Shown here in pieces: positions 1-10,590 of a stretch of DNA of 64,000 nt (within the stretch, counting starts at the first letter, position 1; the number at the start of each line of letters is the position of its first letter). The translations under genes and the position numbers were made by a program. The stretch lies in assembly GCA_041658665.1 (NCBI GenBank), contig JBAZZR010000001.1:128576-192575 (forward strand), written 5' to 3'. This DNA is from Patescibacteria group bacterium. Lineage in GTDB: Bacteria > Patescibacteriota > Patescibacteriia > Patescibacteriales > UBA12465. The notes beneath the pieces were generated by a model, which did not search any database, was not told where the DNA came from, and saw nothing but the letters and a program-made list of their open reading frames with translations.

Positions 1-1
1 G

Positions 2-3000
2 TCTGATGAAGGTTGCAGCGAGCTTATGCGCGTTAAGTCGACTTGGGGTAGTAATTTAGTGATGGCGGCTGATTTTCGCTATGACGAAATCGGCGACTCT
101 AACCAGGGAGGAGATATGTTAAATAGCTGGCCGCTTATTAATAATCAAACAGCAACTATTGTCAGCGCCGCCGCAGAGTCTATTCCGGAAGGAGATAAGG
201 TTTTAAAACTGACCGCCACGCCGGCCGCGGCAAAAGCCGGAATAAGTTCTAGCGCTGTGCGTTCTTTATTACCAGCCGATTTTCAAATTATTCCCGGTCA
301 GGCCTATGCTCTTAGTGCTGATGTTTATTTAGTGAGCGGCAGCGAAGTCGAACTAGCTTTAGGTTCGGCGGCGGCTGGTTTTAGCACGACTACGCCGCTT
401 AAAAATTCTTGGCAACATTTAAGTGTTGTCCGCCAGGCGGAAAACGGTTATAACGAACCTGATTTTAGCATCGTCGGTTATGGACCCGAAGTTTTATTCT
501 ATTTAAAAAATGTAAAATTTGAATTAAGTGAATGGGCGACGGGATTTTCTCCTTATGGTTCGTTTAAAACTTATGAGAAATTATTACCGCCTTATTTAGA
601 AGCTAGTTGTTACGTCGATACGACGGCCGCCCTCAAGGATTATAGCTTAAAGTCGAACGCTCCAGCGGTTTGTAATAAATATGCGCGTAAATGTAATCAA
701 GAAGAGGTTGGTTGCGAACTATTTAGTTCGGTTAACGATAAATTTTCGATTCCGGCTAAGGTTATCAGTAGTGATTACTGTCGCGATGCGTGTTTAGGTT
801 ATGACGCTTATATTTCTAAAACTAATTATTTTAATTCACCTTACTCAGAAAATTTAATTCCGGCTAATTCGACGAGTTGTAGCGCGGAGGCGGCGGGCTG
901 TAATGAGTTTACTAATTTAGATGAATTATCGCAGGGAGGAGAACAGCGCGAATATTATACGTCTCTTAAACAATGTATTAAACCAAATCCTGACAAATGT
1001 GCAGATTTTTATTCTTGGGAAGGTCAGGCTGACGGGTATCAATTACAAGCTTATTCTTTAGCTAAGAAGACGGACGGTTCTTTGGCCGTTGCTTCAAATA
1101 GCGGGGCTTTATGTGACGCTACTACTTATAATTTAGTGCCGGATGATCCGCGCTACAACGCTGATTGTCGGCAATTTTATAACGTGGCCGGCCAAGATTT
1201 TTATCAATTAATGTCGAATACAATTACTTGTTCGAATAATTGTCACACTTATCGACTAAGCGAAAAAAATATTGATTCTACTATAATGGCGTCGAGTACG
1301 TGTGTCAGCAGTAGTCGGCATTGGGACGCTAATACTAATAATTGTTATTCTTGTTTGAACGGCGGTTTATGGGACAGTCAACATCAGGCCTGTATTTATC
1401 AAGCTATTCCCGGCGAAGGGAAGACTTGTCAGGCGAGTGATAATGGCTGTCGGGAATATAACGGCAATAACGGCAGTAACGTTCGAGTAACGGCTGTTTA
1501 TGATTTTGAAAATAATTTAAGCGATTGGTCGTCTAATTGTTCGAGCGGCGTAAGCTCTAGCACGATTTCTAATAGTAAAGATGGTCATTCCTTATGGTAT
1601 CATGATACGAATTATGGTAGATGCAATACAATTGGTAGCCAGTCGTCCGCTTCGTATACTTCCTTAAATTTTCCGTTAATTAAGAAGATTTTGGCCGGTG
1701 AAAATGTGGCGGCTCAACATTCTATGGCTAATATTGCCCGGGCCGGTGCCGCTTATACGGTTAAATTTATCGCTCGGGCGGCCGTTAACACGAATATAAA
1801 AATTTATTTCTTCAATAATGATTCGGCGACTCCCGCTAAAACTTATTTTAACGCTTCGGGCTCTTTAATTATAAAAGGGGGGAACGGCTGGAATGTTTAT
1901 CAAGCGAATTTAGCTAATCTCGATCATGCTATCGGCCCTAAAGAATTATTAGTTATTAGCGCGGATAGTGATTTTTATTTAGATAATTTTGTTTTATCGG
2001 AAATTACTGATCGTTATTATTTAATTAAAAATTCGAGCCAAGTACCCGCGGTTTGTTCTTATGATATTTTTAATACCTATCAAGGCCCGGAATATAATTT
2101 AGGCTGTTCGCAGTATACCGATCGAAACGGCTCAAAGCATGATTTAAATCGTTTTAACCAGCTTTGCGCTAGCTCGGCGGTCGGTTGCGAGCAGATGATT
2201 GATACGAGGAATTCTACCGACTATCGAACCAATTTTTGGTTCGACCGCCAAGCCACGACTACTTGCGCTATTAGCGATCCTAATTGTGTTAAAGTTGAAG
2301 GCGATCGAGCGCTTTATGCCGTTTATGACGCTAATAAACAATGTGGGGAGGTTAATAAGGGTTGTAGCCGTTTAGGCCAAGGGCAGGGCGGCGCGCTAGT
2401 TTCTTCTTGGTTAGATTTTTATGGTTTAAATAATCCTGATCAGTATACTAATATTTTATGTAGTCAAAAGAACGCTGGTTGTGAAGAATGGCAGAGCGAC
2501 AATAATAGTAAAAGTTATTTCAAAGATCCTGGGGCCGGGACTTGTAATTATCGCAACAGTAATAATCCGGCGGTTGTCGGTAAGGCTTGGTATAAAATCC
2601 CGGTTAAACGCTGTGATCGGAATAATAATAGTCAAATAGATGGTTCAGAAAAAGGGAGTCCCATTTGTCTTAGCGATAGCGACTGTAGCGTGGGCAAATG
2701 TTTAATTGATAATAATGATTATCTTTGTTCGACTTCGTATTTAAAAACTATCGGTTTAGGCGGAGCGAATAATCAAGTTCCGACGCCGGATAAAGACGCC
2801 GGGCTTTGTAATGGTAACCAGGCGGGCTGTCAGGAATATATTGATCCCGTCAGTCGTTTCTCCGCTAATTTAGTTAATAATCCGAGCTATAAAAAGGGTA
2901 GTGATAATATTATTGTCGGCTGGGGTCCCTCGATTAATAAATGGCCGACAGCAGTAGCTGCCGACCAGCAGGTTATTCGTTTAGAGCCGAATAAATTATA

Positions 3001-6000
3001 TAGCTTCAATATTAACGTGAGTACTAATGCGGTAGCGAGTCCAGTAGAATTAACTTTCTTAGACTCGGTTCGTCTTTTACAAGCTGATAATAATTTTAGT
3101 GCCCCCGCTAGTTCTTTATTTATTAATAGCGCGAGCGCGGGCGGCATTAATCAACCCCTAATTTTTAATTCTTTGAATAATAAATTAGCTCTAGTGAGCT
3201 ATGGTAATAATCAGAAGAATATTGAAGTTAAGGAGCTGGCGATTAATTATCAATTAGCTAATAGTGTTGATAAAGAGACTTGTGAAAACGTGAAGTTTGA
3301 TAGTGGCTGTGTCTTGTTTAATGAGCGGGCGATTGCTGGCGCGTCGGGATTTACTCCTTTAAGTGCCGATGCTTATAATACGCCGGAAACTGCGAATGGT
3401 TCGCCAATACAATCTTGTACCGCCCCTTATTGTCAAGCTAATCAATTAATTAAAGTTCATCCGGATAGAGTTTGCGCGAAATGGTTAGACTGTCTTACTT
3501 ATTTTAAAGACCCGTCGACGCAACAGAAAACTTGTTATTCTTTCGGACAATGCGACCGTTTAGACGATCAAGGCGAATGTTCTAATTTTATCACCAATGT
3601 CTCGGCGGACAGTAAATTTAATGTGCAAAATGATAAAAATGCTTCCGGGTACGCTTTAGCCGACAGTTATAATTTTAGCACGATGAAGGAAGTCGGCTCG
3701 AAAATTTCTGGGTTTAATGCTTATGATTTTGAAGGGAGCGATCCGGCCTTCCCGAAAGAATGTGCGACTACGGTAGATTTTGTCTCTAGCGAATCTTGTG
3801 AAGGTTGGGATAATCCGGACAGATCTAATTCCGCTAAAGTAATTAAAGAACCGAAGGGAGCGCCGACTGATTATCCGGCGGAAGGATCCGCTTACTTACA
3901 AGTTCCGGCGCGTCTCCAGCTCGGTCTTTTAGCGGCGAATTCGCCGCTAACAGTTTTAAGCAGCGGTGATAATTTTTACCTTCGTTATTTAATTAATACA
4001 AAAAATTCTAACGGCCTTAAGACAAAATTAATAATTACTGACGAGAATAATGTTGTTTGGAAGGATAGTAATAATCAGCCTCTGGTTTTTTATGCCGATT
4101 CGCCTAAAGGTTGGACGCGGGTGGTTAAACGTTTTAATTTAGGTACGGGGGTTAAACAAATAAAAATATTTTTAAGTTCTAATACGCAGGACTCTAAAGA
4201 CAGTAGTTCGGTATATTTTGACGATATAACTATTGAACCGGTTCTAGACATGGGTAATAATAACTACGCCGCGCGCGACTGCCGTCTATATCCGGCCGGA
4301 GATAGTTTAGCTTGTATTAATACGGATAATAATGTTATTAAAAATGGTTTAGAAGGATATTGTCTAAAATATGATCCCGCTAATCCTCGGGTTTGCTTAT
4401 TATGGTACCCGATGGATAGAATCGCCGGCGCTACTGATAAATTAAGTGTTTCCGGCTATCAAGGAAAGTTCCCGCTTAATTATTGTACTGAAGCGAATGG
4501 TAATTTTCAGGTGGTGGAGAAGAGAACGCAGTATTTAGACAGCGCTTCCAAGGCTTATAGCGGTGACTGTCAAAATGCTGGAGAAGCTAACGATGGGAGA
4601 AAAAATGATTATAATAGTTGTAACGGTAATAATAATTACTGGAAATTATATTTTGAATTTAGTTGCCATGAAGGTAATGATTGTTGCCATACAGAATGGT
4701 GTATACCAAAAACTAGAGGAGAGATTCAAGCCATGGCTTATCATAACACTAACTTCCATACACCCACGATTACACATGATTTTGGCAATTTAGAGGGTTC
4801 TACGGGAATATATGATAGCAGTACGCCCATGCCTGAATATAACGATATTTTTGGTGAATATGTTAAATTATACCTTAATTTAAAAAATGATGTACAGCAT
4901 AACTCCAGCGGTTGGTACTATCCGTTTAATGGTTTTTCGGGTAATGAAGGAGATTCCCCTATACGTATTTATGACCCGACAAAAAATCCTGTGACTGAGG
5001 CGGATTTAAATTATCTTCCCAATGACACCAATGCCAATAACCCTTATCGTTTAACTTGTAATCGGTTTACCTCCGTAGTTGATAATAACGGCGACAATAA
5101 AGCTTGGGTCGGGCGCGTATCTACTCCTACTACGGTCACAACTACGCCAGCTTTCTTCTATAAAGAATTTTCTCAGTGGCCGTCTGGTTTACTATTCTCT
5201 TCTTATTTAGCCTATCATTATAACCGTGAAGTCGGCGATATCCCTTTCGGCGCCGCGAGCTGGCCGACTAATTTTAGTTTGCAGAATAATAATTCTCGGG
5301 TTAATTTGCGGGCGAAAGGGGATTCTAGCGAGGATCCGGCGGCGGGTCGCCCTTATGGTTGTAGCGGGCCAAGTTGTAATATGATTGGCTCTTGTAGCAA
5401 TAATCCGAATATTTATTGTTTAGCGACTTCGTCGGATAATAATTTTTTAGCCGATGAAACTTGCGGCGGCGGGACTGGTCGGTGTATTCGTTTATGGGAG
5501 AAAATAGGTATAGTCGGCGGTTCGATACCGAATTATTCTCAAACGCAATATCTCTTAGCTAATGTTTTCTTAAAGTCTAATAGCTCTTATTCATTTAATA
5601 CCGGTTTAAATAAGTATTTGGTTGATAATTCTTCTTTCGATTTTAGCAGTAGCATTAGCCAATGCGTGGATAATATTCGCGACAAAGGCGAGCCTAATAT
5701 TTTCTGTGTAGTTTATCCGACCTTAAGTAATGTTAGTTTGTACTATGGCGATAATAAGGAACCGATAAATCCGATTAATCCCGGCGATATCTTTAATATT
5801 TCTCAGCGAGGTATATATCGCTTGGAATTTAATACTTCCGTCGATTCGGAACAGCTGCCGCTTAAACAGATTGATATTGACTGGGGCGACGGCAATACCC
5901 AGATAATTAATGACCAGGATCAAAAGCCCGCCGCCGCCGCGCCGCATTCTTTATATCATTATTATCGTGAGGCTGGATCAAGAACGATTAAGCTTAAAAT

Positions 6001-6043
6001 TACGGATAACTGGGGGAAATATGATGATAGTTATAATGATTAA
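2..6043 (+). CDS. Giant Cys-rich secreted/surface protein, 5'-truncated by the window edge, with a C-terminal PKD-like domain
   Basis: Uninterrupted 2005-codon ORF. The frame stays open upstream of the first ATG: nt 2-25 read SDEGCSEL, matching the recurring x-G-C-x-E/x-aromatic motif (VGCELF, AGCNEF, NGCREY, VGCEQM, AGCEEW, AGCQEY). The true start is therefore probably off-window. The C-terminus has a PKD-type signature (IDIDWGDGN...HSLYHYY...IKLKITDNWG). Confidence 0.8.
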   Translation, partial: SDEGCSELMRVKSTWGSNLVMAADFRYDEIGDSNQGGDMLNSWPLINNQTATIVSAAAESIPEGDKVLKLTATPAAAKAGISSSAVRSLLPADFQIIPGQAYALSADVYLVSGSEVELALGSAAAGFSTTTPLKNSWQHLSVVRQAENGYNEPDFSIVGYGPEVLFYLKNVKFELSEWATGFSPYGSFKTYEKLLPPYLEASCYVDTTAALKDYSLKSNAPAVCNKYARKCNQEEVGCELFSSVNDKFSIPAKVISSDYCRDACLGYDAYISKTNYFNSPYSENLIPANSTSCSAEAAGCNEFTNLDELSQGGEQREYYTSLKQCIKPNPDKCADFYSWEGQADGYQLQAYSLAKKTDGSLAVASNSGALCDATTYNLVPDDPRYNADCRQFYNVAGQDFYQLMSNTITCSNNCHTYRLSEKNIDSTIMASSTCVSSSRHWDANTNNCYSCLNGGLWDSQHQACIYQAIPGEGKTCQASDNGCREYNGNNGSNVRVTAVYDFENNLSDWSSNCSSGVSSSTISNSKDGHSLWYHDTNYGRCNTIGSQSSASYTSLNFPLIKKILAGENVAAQHSMANIARAGAAYTVKFIARAAVNTNIKIYFFNNDSATPAKTYFNASGSLIIKGGNGWNVYQANLANLDHAIGPKELLVISADSDFYLDNFVLSEITDRYYLIKNSSQVPAVCSYDIFNTYQGPEYNLGCSQYTDRNGSKHDLNRFNQLCASSAVGCEQMIDTRNSTDYRTNFWFDRQATTTCAISDPNCVKVEGDRALYAVYDANKQCGEVNKGCSRLGQGQGGALVSSWLDFYGLNNPDQYTNILCSQKNAGCEEWQSDNNSKSYFKDPGAGTCNYRNSNNPAVVGKAWYKIPVKRCDRNNNSQIDGSEKGSPICLSDSDCSVGKCLIDNNDYLCSTSYLKTIGLGGANNQVPTPDKDAGLCNGNQAGCQEYIDPVSRFSANLVNNPSYKKGSDNIIVGWGPSINKWPTAVAADQQVIRLEPNKLYSFNINVSTNAVASPVELTFLDSVRLLQADNNFSAPASSLFINSASAGGINQPLIFNSLNNKLALVSYGNNQKNIEVKELAINYQLANSVDKETCENVKFDSGCVLFNERAIAGASGFTPLSADAYNTPETANGSPIQSCTAPYCQANQLIKVHPDRVCAKWLDCLTYFKDPSTQQKTCYSFGQCDRLDDQGECSNFITNVSADSKFNVQNDKNASGYALADSYNFSTMKEVGSKISGFNAYDFEGSDPAFPKECATTVDFVSSESCEGWDNPDRSNSAKVIKEPKGAPTDYPAEGSAYLQVPARLQLGLLAANSPLTVLSSGDNFYLRYLINTKNSNGLKTKLIITDENNVVWKDSNNQPLVFYADSPKGWTRVVKRFNLGTGVKQIKIFLSSNTQDSKDSSSVYFDDITIEPVLDMGNNNYAARDCRLYPAGDSLACINTDNNVIKNGLEGYCLKYDPANPRVCLLWYPMDRIAGATDKLSVSGYQGKFPLNYCTEANGNFQVVEKRTQYLDSASKAYSGDCQNAGEANDGRKNDYNSCNGNNNYWKLYFEFSCHEGNDCCHTEWCIPKTRGEIQAMAYHNTNFHTPTITHDFGNLEGSTGIYDSSTPMPEYNDIFGEYVKLYLNLKNDVQHNSSGWYYPFNGFSGNEGDSPIRIYDPTKNPVTEADLNYLPNDTNANNPYRLTCNRFTSVVDNNGDNKAWVGRVSTPTTVTTTPAFFYKEFSQWPSGLLFSSYLAYHYNREVGDIPFGAASWPTNFSLQNNNSRVNLRAKGDSSEDPAAGRPYGCSGPSCNMIGSCSNNPNIYCLATSSDNNFLADETCGGGTGRCIRLWEKIGIVGGSIPNYSQTQYLLANVFLKSNSSYSFNTGLNKYLVDNSSFDFSSSISQCVDNIRDKGEPNIFCVVYPTLSNVSLYYGDNKEPINPINPGDIFNISQRGIYRLEFNTSVDSEQLPLKQIDIDWGDGNTQIINDQDQKPAAAAPHSLYHYYREAGSRTIKLKITDNWGKYDDSYND

Positions 6044-6123
6044 TTAGACCTTTGGTTTTAGTAGCGGATCCCAGCCGTTTATTATATAATTTAAGGGGAG
6101 AAGATTTAAGACGTATATTAATT

Positions 6124-6744
6124 ATGAGTATTGACGATCGGTTGTTACAAGCTAACCCAGCCGCTTCTAGAGGCGCTAATAGTAAGGATAGTTCTGGTCG
6201 GTCGGGAGAGTTAAGAGCTAATCGTCGGCGAACTAGTCAAGCGAATAAAGATACAGAACGGGCCGTAGATTTTCGCACGAGAATTCAAGCGGCGAAAAGA
6301 GAGAAACAGAAGCAAGAAGCTAAAGAAACCCAAGAGGGGGGCGGTAGCCTCGGCGCTATATTAGCTTCACCGGCGAAAAAAGTAACTTCTAATTTATTAC
6401 AACAATCCTGGGTGAATATCTTCTCGAGTTGGGGCCTAACACTACTTTGGATAAATTGTCATGTTTTTTTACATAATATAATACCGAGTCTATTTTGTAA
6501 GTTAGGCGATGAATGTAAGCCAGAAAATTGTGGCTCAGCTAGCATGACTAATCTTTTTCTTCAGACGATCTTCGGAAAACATGGTTTATCAGAGCCGATG
6601 GCCTTAGCAGTTATTGACGGGATCGCTTTACTAATTTTATTTTCCCTATTTTGTTTAGTGGCTTTAATCGTTGGTTTTTTTAGCAATCCCTTCGAAGCGA
6701 TTGTTAGTATCTTGAAAGATATCGTTGGTAATATGTGGAAATAA
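6124..6744 (+). CDS. Hypothetical membrane protein (basic N-terminus, hydrophobic C-terminal segments)
   Basis: ORF track 6052-6744 begins at a TTG. The first in-frame ATG is 6124 (MSIDDRL). C-terminal hydrophobic stretches WGLTLLWINCHVF and ALAVIDGIALLILFSLFCLVALIVGFF. The start is uncertain. Confidence 0.5.
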   Translation: MSIDDRLLQANPAASRGANSKDSSGRSGELRANRRRTSQANKDTERAVDFRTRIQAAKREKQKQEAKETQEGGGSLGAILASPAKKVTSNLLQQSWVNIFSSWGLTLLWINCHVFLHNIIPSLFCKLGDECKPENCGSASMTNLFLQTIFGKHGLSEPMALAVIDGIALLILFSLFCLVALIVGFFSNPFEAIVSILKDIVGNMWK

Positions 6745-6792
6745 TTTATTGAATATTATATTTAATTTTAGAATTTTTATATTAATATCCGC

Positions 6793-9612
6793 ATGAAATT
6801 TAGGAGTCATAAAAAATATTTAATTTTGTTAGTCGGTCTTTTAGTTATATCGGGAGTTTTTGTATTCGGTCATTTGACTAGCGCCTCAACTACTTGGGCT
6901 GAGGATGTTATATCCGGAATTTTAGGTATTTTTGTTTGGGCTTTAGGCGGAATTTTATCTTTAGTAATTAAAGCGCTCTTAGCCGTTGCTCAGTACCAGG
7001 AATTTATTAAAGTCCCGGTGGTAGAAAAAGGTTGGGTTATTGTTCGAGATCTCTGCAATATGTTTTTTGTGGTCGTTCTGATGGTCATTTCTTTCGGGAC
7101 GATTTTGCATTTAGAGGAATATAGTTATAAAAAATGGTTGCCTAAGTTAGTCCTAATGGCTGTTCTTATTAATTTTTCGAAAACTATTTGCGGGCTGTTA
7201 ATTGATGTTTCGCAAGTAGTCATGTTAACTTTCGTTAACGCGTTTAAAGATATCGGCGGTGGTAACGCGACGGAGATGTTAGGAATAACGAGTATTGTAA
7301 CCGCTTCTCAGGGGAATTTAGAGAGCGCTTTTAATACGGCGGGCGCCTATGTTTTAGGGATAATTTATTTATTAGTAGCGATTGTAGTTTTTGGAACGAT
7401 GGCGATGATGCTCGTTATGCGTCTAGTTATTATTTGGATATATGTTGTTTTATCACCTTTCGCCTATTTAATGTCGGCTTTTCCCGGCGGGCAAAAATAT
7501 GCTTCGCAGTGGTGGGATGAATTTATTAAGAATTTAATCGTCGGTCCGGTTTTGGCTTTCTTTATTTGGTTGTCTCTTGCCGCTTTACAGACCGGTAATA
7601 ATATTACCGTTGATGATAACGGGGTTTTCGGTACGGCCGGTTCTACTACCGCCGCGCTCGTAAAGTTTATTGTCGCTATTGGGATGCTCGTTGGTGGCCT
7701 AACAACAGCCCAGCAAATTGGCGGCAAAGCCGGTAGTATCGCGGGCAAGGGGATGGCTAAATTACAAAAGGGAGCGGCTTTTGCCGGTGGTTTAGCAACG
7801 GGAGCGGCGACTGGTCTTAAAAAATGGACAGGAAACAGGTTGGGAGATATTAGAGATGTTACTAGTGAAGCGATAGGGGTTGATTTAAATGTTGCCGCGG
7901 CCTGGAAAAGACGGAATGAGCAGGCGGAAGCTAATCGTCAGTTGCGCTTACAGCGTATCCGTAAAGGAACTTTAGAGACGGCGACGGGAGAAATGCGGCC
8001 AGACGGTACTCGACCCGGTTGGCTTCATCGTAAGGCCGCCTTAGCTAGCACTGGTGACGTGGCTTGGCAGAATTTAGCTGATAAAAAATTTGGTATTTTT
8101 AAGGCGGGATCGCCTAAGGTAGCAGAGGAAGCTTTGGCAAAGATTAGAGAAGCGGAAGAGGGTAAGGCCGAAGCTCAGACTGATATTGAAGATATGAATG
8201 GTCAGTCTTCAAGAATAACCACCGTTGCCGAACATCAAGCAGACCTTGGTCGGGCTAAGGAGCTAGAAGCTTCTAATATTAAACTAGATAATGATAAGCG
8301 AGCGATTGTCGAATCCAAAGAGTATATTGGTTTAGAGCAAAAGCATAAAGACGGTCTGTTAACTAAAAAGGAGCAAGAATCTTTAGATGAAAAACGCTCG
8401 GTTATTGAGGGTATTGACGCTAAGATTGAAGAAAATGATAAGGAAATAACATCCATACAACAGCCGACAGTAACTTTAGAGCAAGGTCAAAAAGAATCAG
8501 TTACTATTAAGCAATTAAGGGAAAATAATACTAGTTTAAACAAGAAAAAGTCAGATATTGTAGATAGTAAGGTTTATCAAGATTTAGAGACAAAAGAGAA
8601 AAAGAAAACTCTAACTATTGCTGAGAGAAAAACTTTAAAGGAAAAACGCGACGAGGTAGCAGCGGCTGACGCTCAGTTAGAAACAAACAATAAGGAAATA
8701 GAGACCTTGAGTAGTCACCGTATTCTAGTTGATGATGATGCTAAAAGAGAAGATGTTCGCAGAGGACTCGCCACTGCTATCAGTAGTAAAGAAAGTAAAT
8801 TAGAAGATTTTGATAAGGAAATCTTTAAGCAAACTGAAATTTTGCAGGAGAATAAATTATCGGAAACTGAAACGTCGCGGGCGCATGTTGACTCAACGAT
8901 AGAAGCGGAAGCTAATAAGAAGATCGCTACTTTTACTAATCCGGATCAATTAGTCGCTATATTTAAAGAAGCGATTAAAGCTAAAGATCAGGGTTTAATT
9001 GCGGCCACCTATAAAAAATTAACTAAGACCGGAAATTATAATGATGTTCATCGGGCGTTAGGTATTGGTACAGGTTATGATGGTATGATTACCATGTCTA
9101 AATATTTGCAAGAGGAGGGCGGCTTTAGTCAGCAAGATTCGCGCGGTTTGATCGCTGAAGTCGGAGAAATCGCCAAGTCGGTCAATCATTACGAGGCCTT
9201 TGGCGCTATGACTATGAATAAAGCAGGCCAATGGGAGGAGACTGGCAAAGATCAACAGGAAGCCTCTATCCTTGGTGAAAAATCTAAGATGCAAGTTCAG
9301 CAATTTGTCAGAAACGTTAATCGTTTAGGACAAGGGTCTTATCGTAATGGTCAGCCGCATACTGATTCCAATTGGGAGCTTAGCCGATCGACTATAGCTT
9401 TATATGCTTCTAAGGATGAAAAATATGCCGAGGAAATGTCGAAAACTGGTAATATTAATAGTATTCAGTTTATCGGCGCTAACGCAGAAAACATTCAGAG
9501 GTTGAGAGACGCCGGGGCTAAACAGGTTGCCGATGTCATTGAACGTATCATGAAGAAAGCTAAAAACATAAATGTTGCTGATCCGCTTAATGCTATTCGA
9601 GAGGTCTCTTAA
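6793..9612 (+). CDS. Polytopic membrane protein, VirB6/TrbL-like N-terminal domain plus a long charged coiled-coil-like C-terminal region
   Basis: 939-aa ORF. About eight hydrophobic segments in the first ~330 aa, then a K/E-rich repetitive region. It sits in a genome that also encodes PrgI-like and VirB4-like genes. The family call rests on architecture only. Confidence 0.45.
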   Translation: MKFRSHKKYLILLVGLLVISGVFVFGHLTSASTTWAEDVISGILGIFVWALGGILSLVIKALLAVAQYQEFIKVPVVEKGWVIVRDLCNMFFVVVLMVISFGTILHLEEYSYKKWLPKLVLMAVLINFSKTICGLLIDVSQVVMLTFVNAFKDIGGGNATEMLGITSIVTASQGNLESAFNTAGAYVLGIIYLLVAIVVFGTMAMMLVMRLVIIWIYVVLSPFAYLMSAFPGGQKYASQWWDEFIKNLIVGPVLAFFIWLSLAALQTGNNITVDDNGVFGTAGSTTAALVKFIVAIGMLVGGLTTAQQIGGKAGSIAGKGMAKLQKGAAFAGGLATGAATGLKKWTGNRLGDIRDVTSEAIGVDLNVAAAWKRRNEQAEANRQLRLQRIRKGTLETATGEMRPDGTRPGWLHRKAALASTGDVAWQNLADKKFGIFKAGSPKVAEEALAKIREAEEGKAEAQTDIEDMNGQSSRITTVAEHQADLGRAKELEASNIKLDNDKRAIVESKEYIGLEQKHKDGLLTKKEQESLDEKRSVIEGIDAKIEENDKEITSIQQPTVTLEQGQKESVTIKQLRENNTSLNKKKSDIVDSKVYQDLETKEKKKTLTIAERKTLKEKRDEVAAADAQLETNNKEIETLSSHRILVDDDAKREDVRRGLATAISSKESKLEDFDKEIFKQTEILQENKLSETETSRAHVDSTIEAEANKKIATFTNPDQLVAIFKEAIKAKDQGLIAATYKKLTKTGNYNDVHRALGIGTGYDGMITMSKYLQEEGGFSQQDSRGLIAEVGEIAKSVNHYEAFGAMTMNKAGQWEETGKDQQEASILGEKSKMQVQQFVRNVNRLGQGSYRNGQPHTDSNWELSRSTIALYASKDEKYAEEMSKTGNINSIQFIGANAENIQRLRDAGAKQVADVIERIMKKAKNINVADPLNAIREVS

Positions 9613-9642
9613 TAATTTAAATTTAATTTATTTTGGTTTACT

Positions 9643-10590
9643 ATGGCCACTCTTACTCTAGAATTATTACAACAAGAAATAGAATACGCCGCCCTTAATA
9701 ATGATTGGGCGGGGGCTTTTGAAGCCTATAATATTGTTCGTCGCTGGTTAAAAGAGAATGACCTGGCTAAAAATAACCCACGAGAGTATAATCAGTATTT
9801 AAATTATGCCATGAAGTTAAAATTTTTAGCTCTTAATTATTTTGATGATGTTAACGAATATCACGATTTGTTAAAAAATTATTTTTCACTTTCTCAAGAA
9901 ATACCTGATTTTGATCTTTGGTCTAAATTAGAAGTCCAACTAATAACTCTCAAGAATATTAATGAGCGTGATACTTTTAAGAATAAATTAAGAGAAGCTC
10001 TGGAAAAATCCGATAATTTATTGATTGGCCGTCGAGCGGAGACTGATGATAGTAACGCGCCGCATAAGGTAAGCGAATGGATTAAAGATTTTGTAGTTAA
10101 TTTAGGATTAGATAGTTTTGATAAGCTCAAGAAAATGGAGTATATTGCTAATGGTAAGTATATAAAAAGATTAACAGAGGAAGAGAAGAATAAGGTAAGA
10201 AATTTGTTGGATGTTTATGAAAAATTAAGATTTTCTTCTAAAACTCCCGCCGGATATGAAAATTCTGTGGTCATGAATATCGACGGTAAAACAATTATTT
10301 TCAACCATGGTGAAATGGAGGAGGTATCTAAAGATTTTCTTAAACAAATTCAAGATAAAAAGATTAGTCCTCAGTCTCAAGATAATTTATTAATTAATAG
10401 TCATCTCGATCAACTAGCGCCAGCGCCGTCGCCGTCCGCAGAATTTTTAGCCAATCCTTTAGCCGAACTCGAACAAGTCCTGCAAAATTATTCCCCCGGC
10501 AGTCTCGAATATAAGGCGTTAGGCCAAGAAATCAGTCGTTTAAAGAAGGCGGAATTAAGACAGGCTCAAAAATCCGATGCGCTCAAATAA
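9643..10590 (+). CDS. Hypothetical cytoplasmic protein
   Basis: 315-aa ORF, same strand, 30 nt after the previous gene. No motif recognised. Confidence 0.6.
   Translation: MATLTLELLQQEIEYAALNNDWAGAFEAYNIVRRWLKENDLAKNNPREYNQYLNYAMKLKFLALNYFDDVNEYHDLLKNYFSLSQEIPDFDLWSKLEVQLITLKNINERDTFKNKLREALEKSDNLLIGRRAETDDSNAPHKVSEWIKDFVVNLGLDSFDKLKKMEYIANGKYIKRLTEEEKNKVRNLLDVYEKLRFSSKTPAGYENSVVMNIDGKTIIFNHGEMEEVSKDFLKQIQDKKISPQSQDNLLINSHLDQLAPAPSPSAEFLANPLAELEQVLQNYSPGSLEYKALGQEISRLKKAELRQAQKSDALK

Noticed and set aside
2144-5947. Small ORFs nested in or antisense to the giant protein gene (2144-2341, 2887-3147, 4563-4793, 5723-5947)
   Set aside because: They lie entirely inside a 6-kb uninterrupted ORF with a clear repeated protein motif. 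They have no independent signals.
6052-6744. VirB2-type pilin assignment for the small membrane protein after the giant gene
   Set aside because: Only the genomic position and C-terminal hydrophobic segments support it. No pilin-like signal peptide or motif is recognisable.
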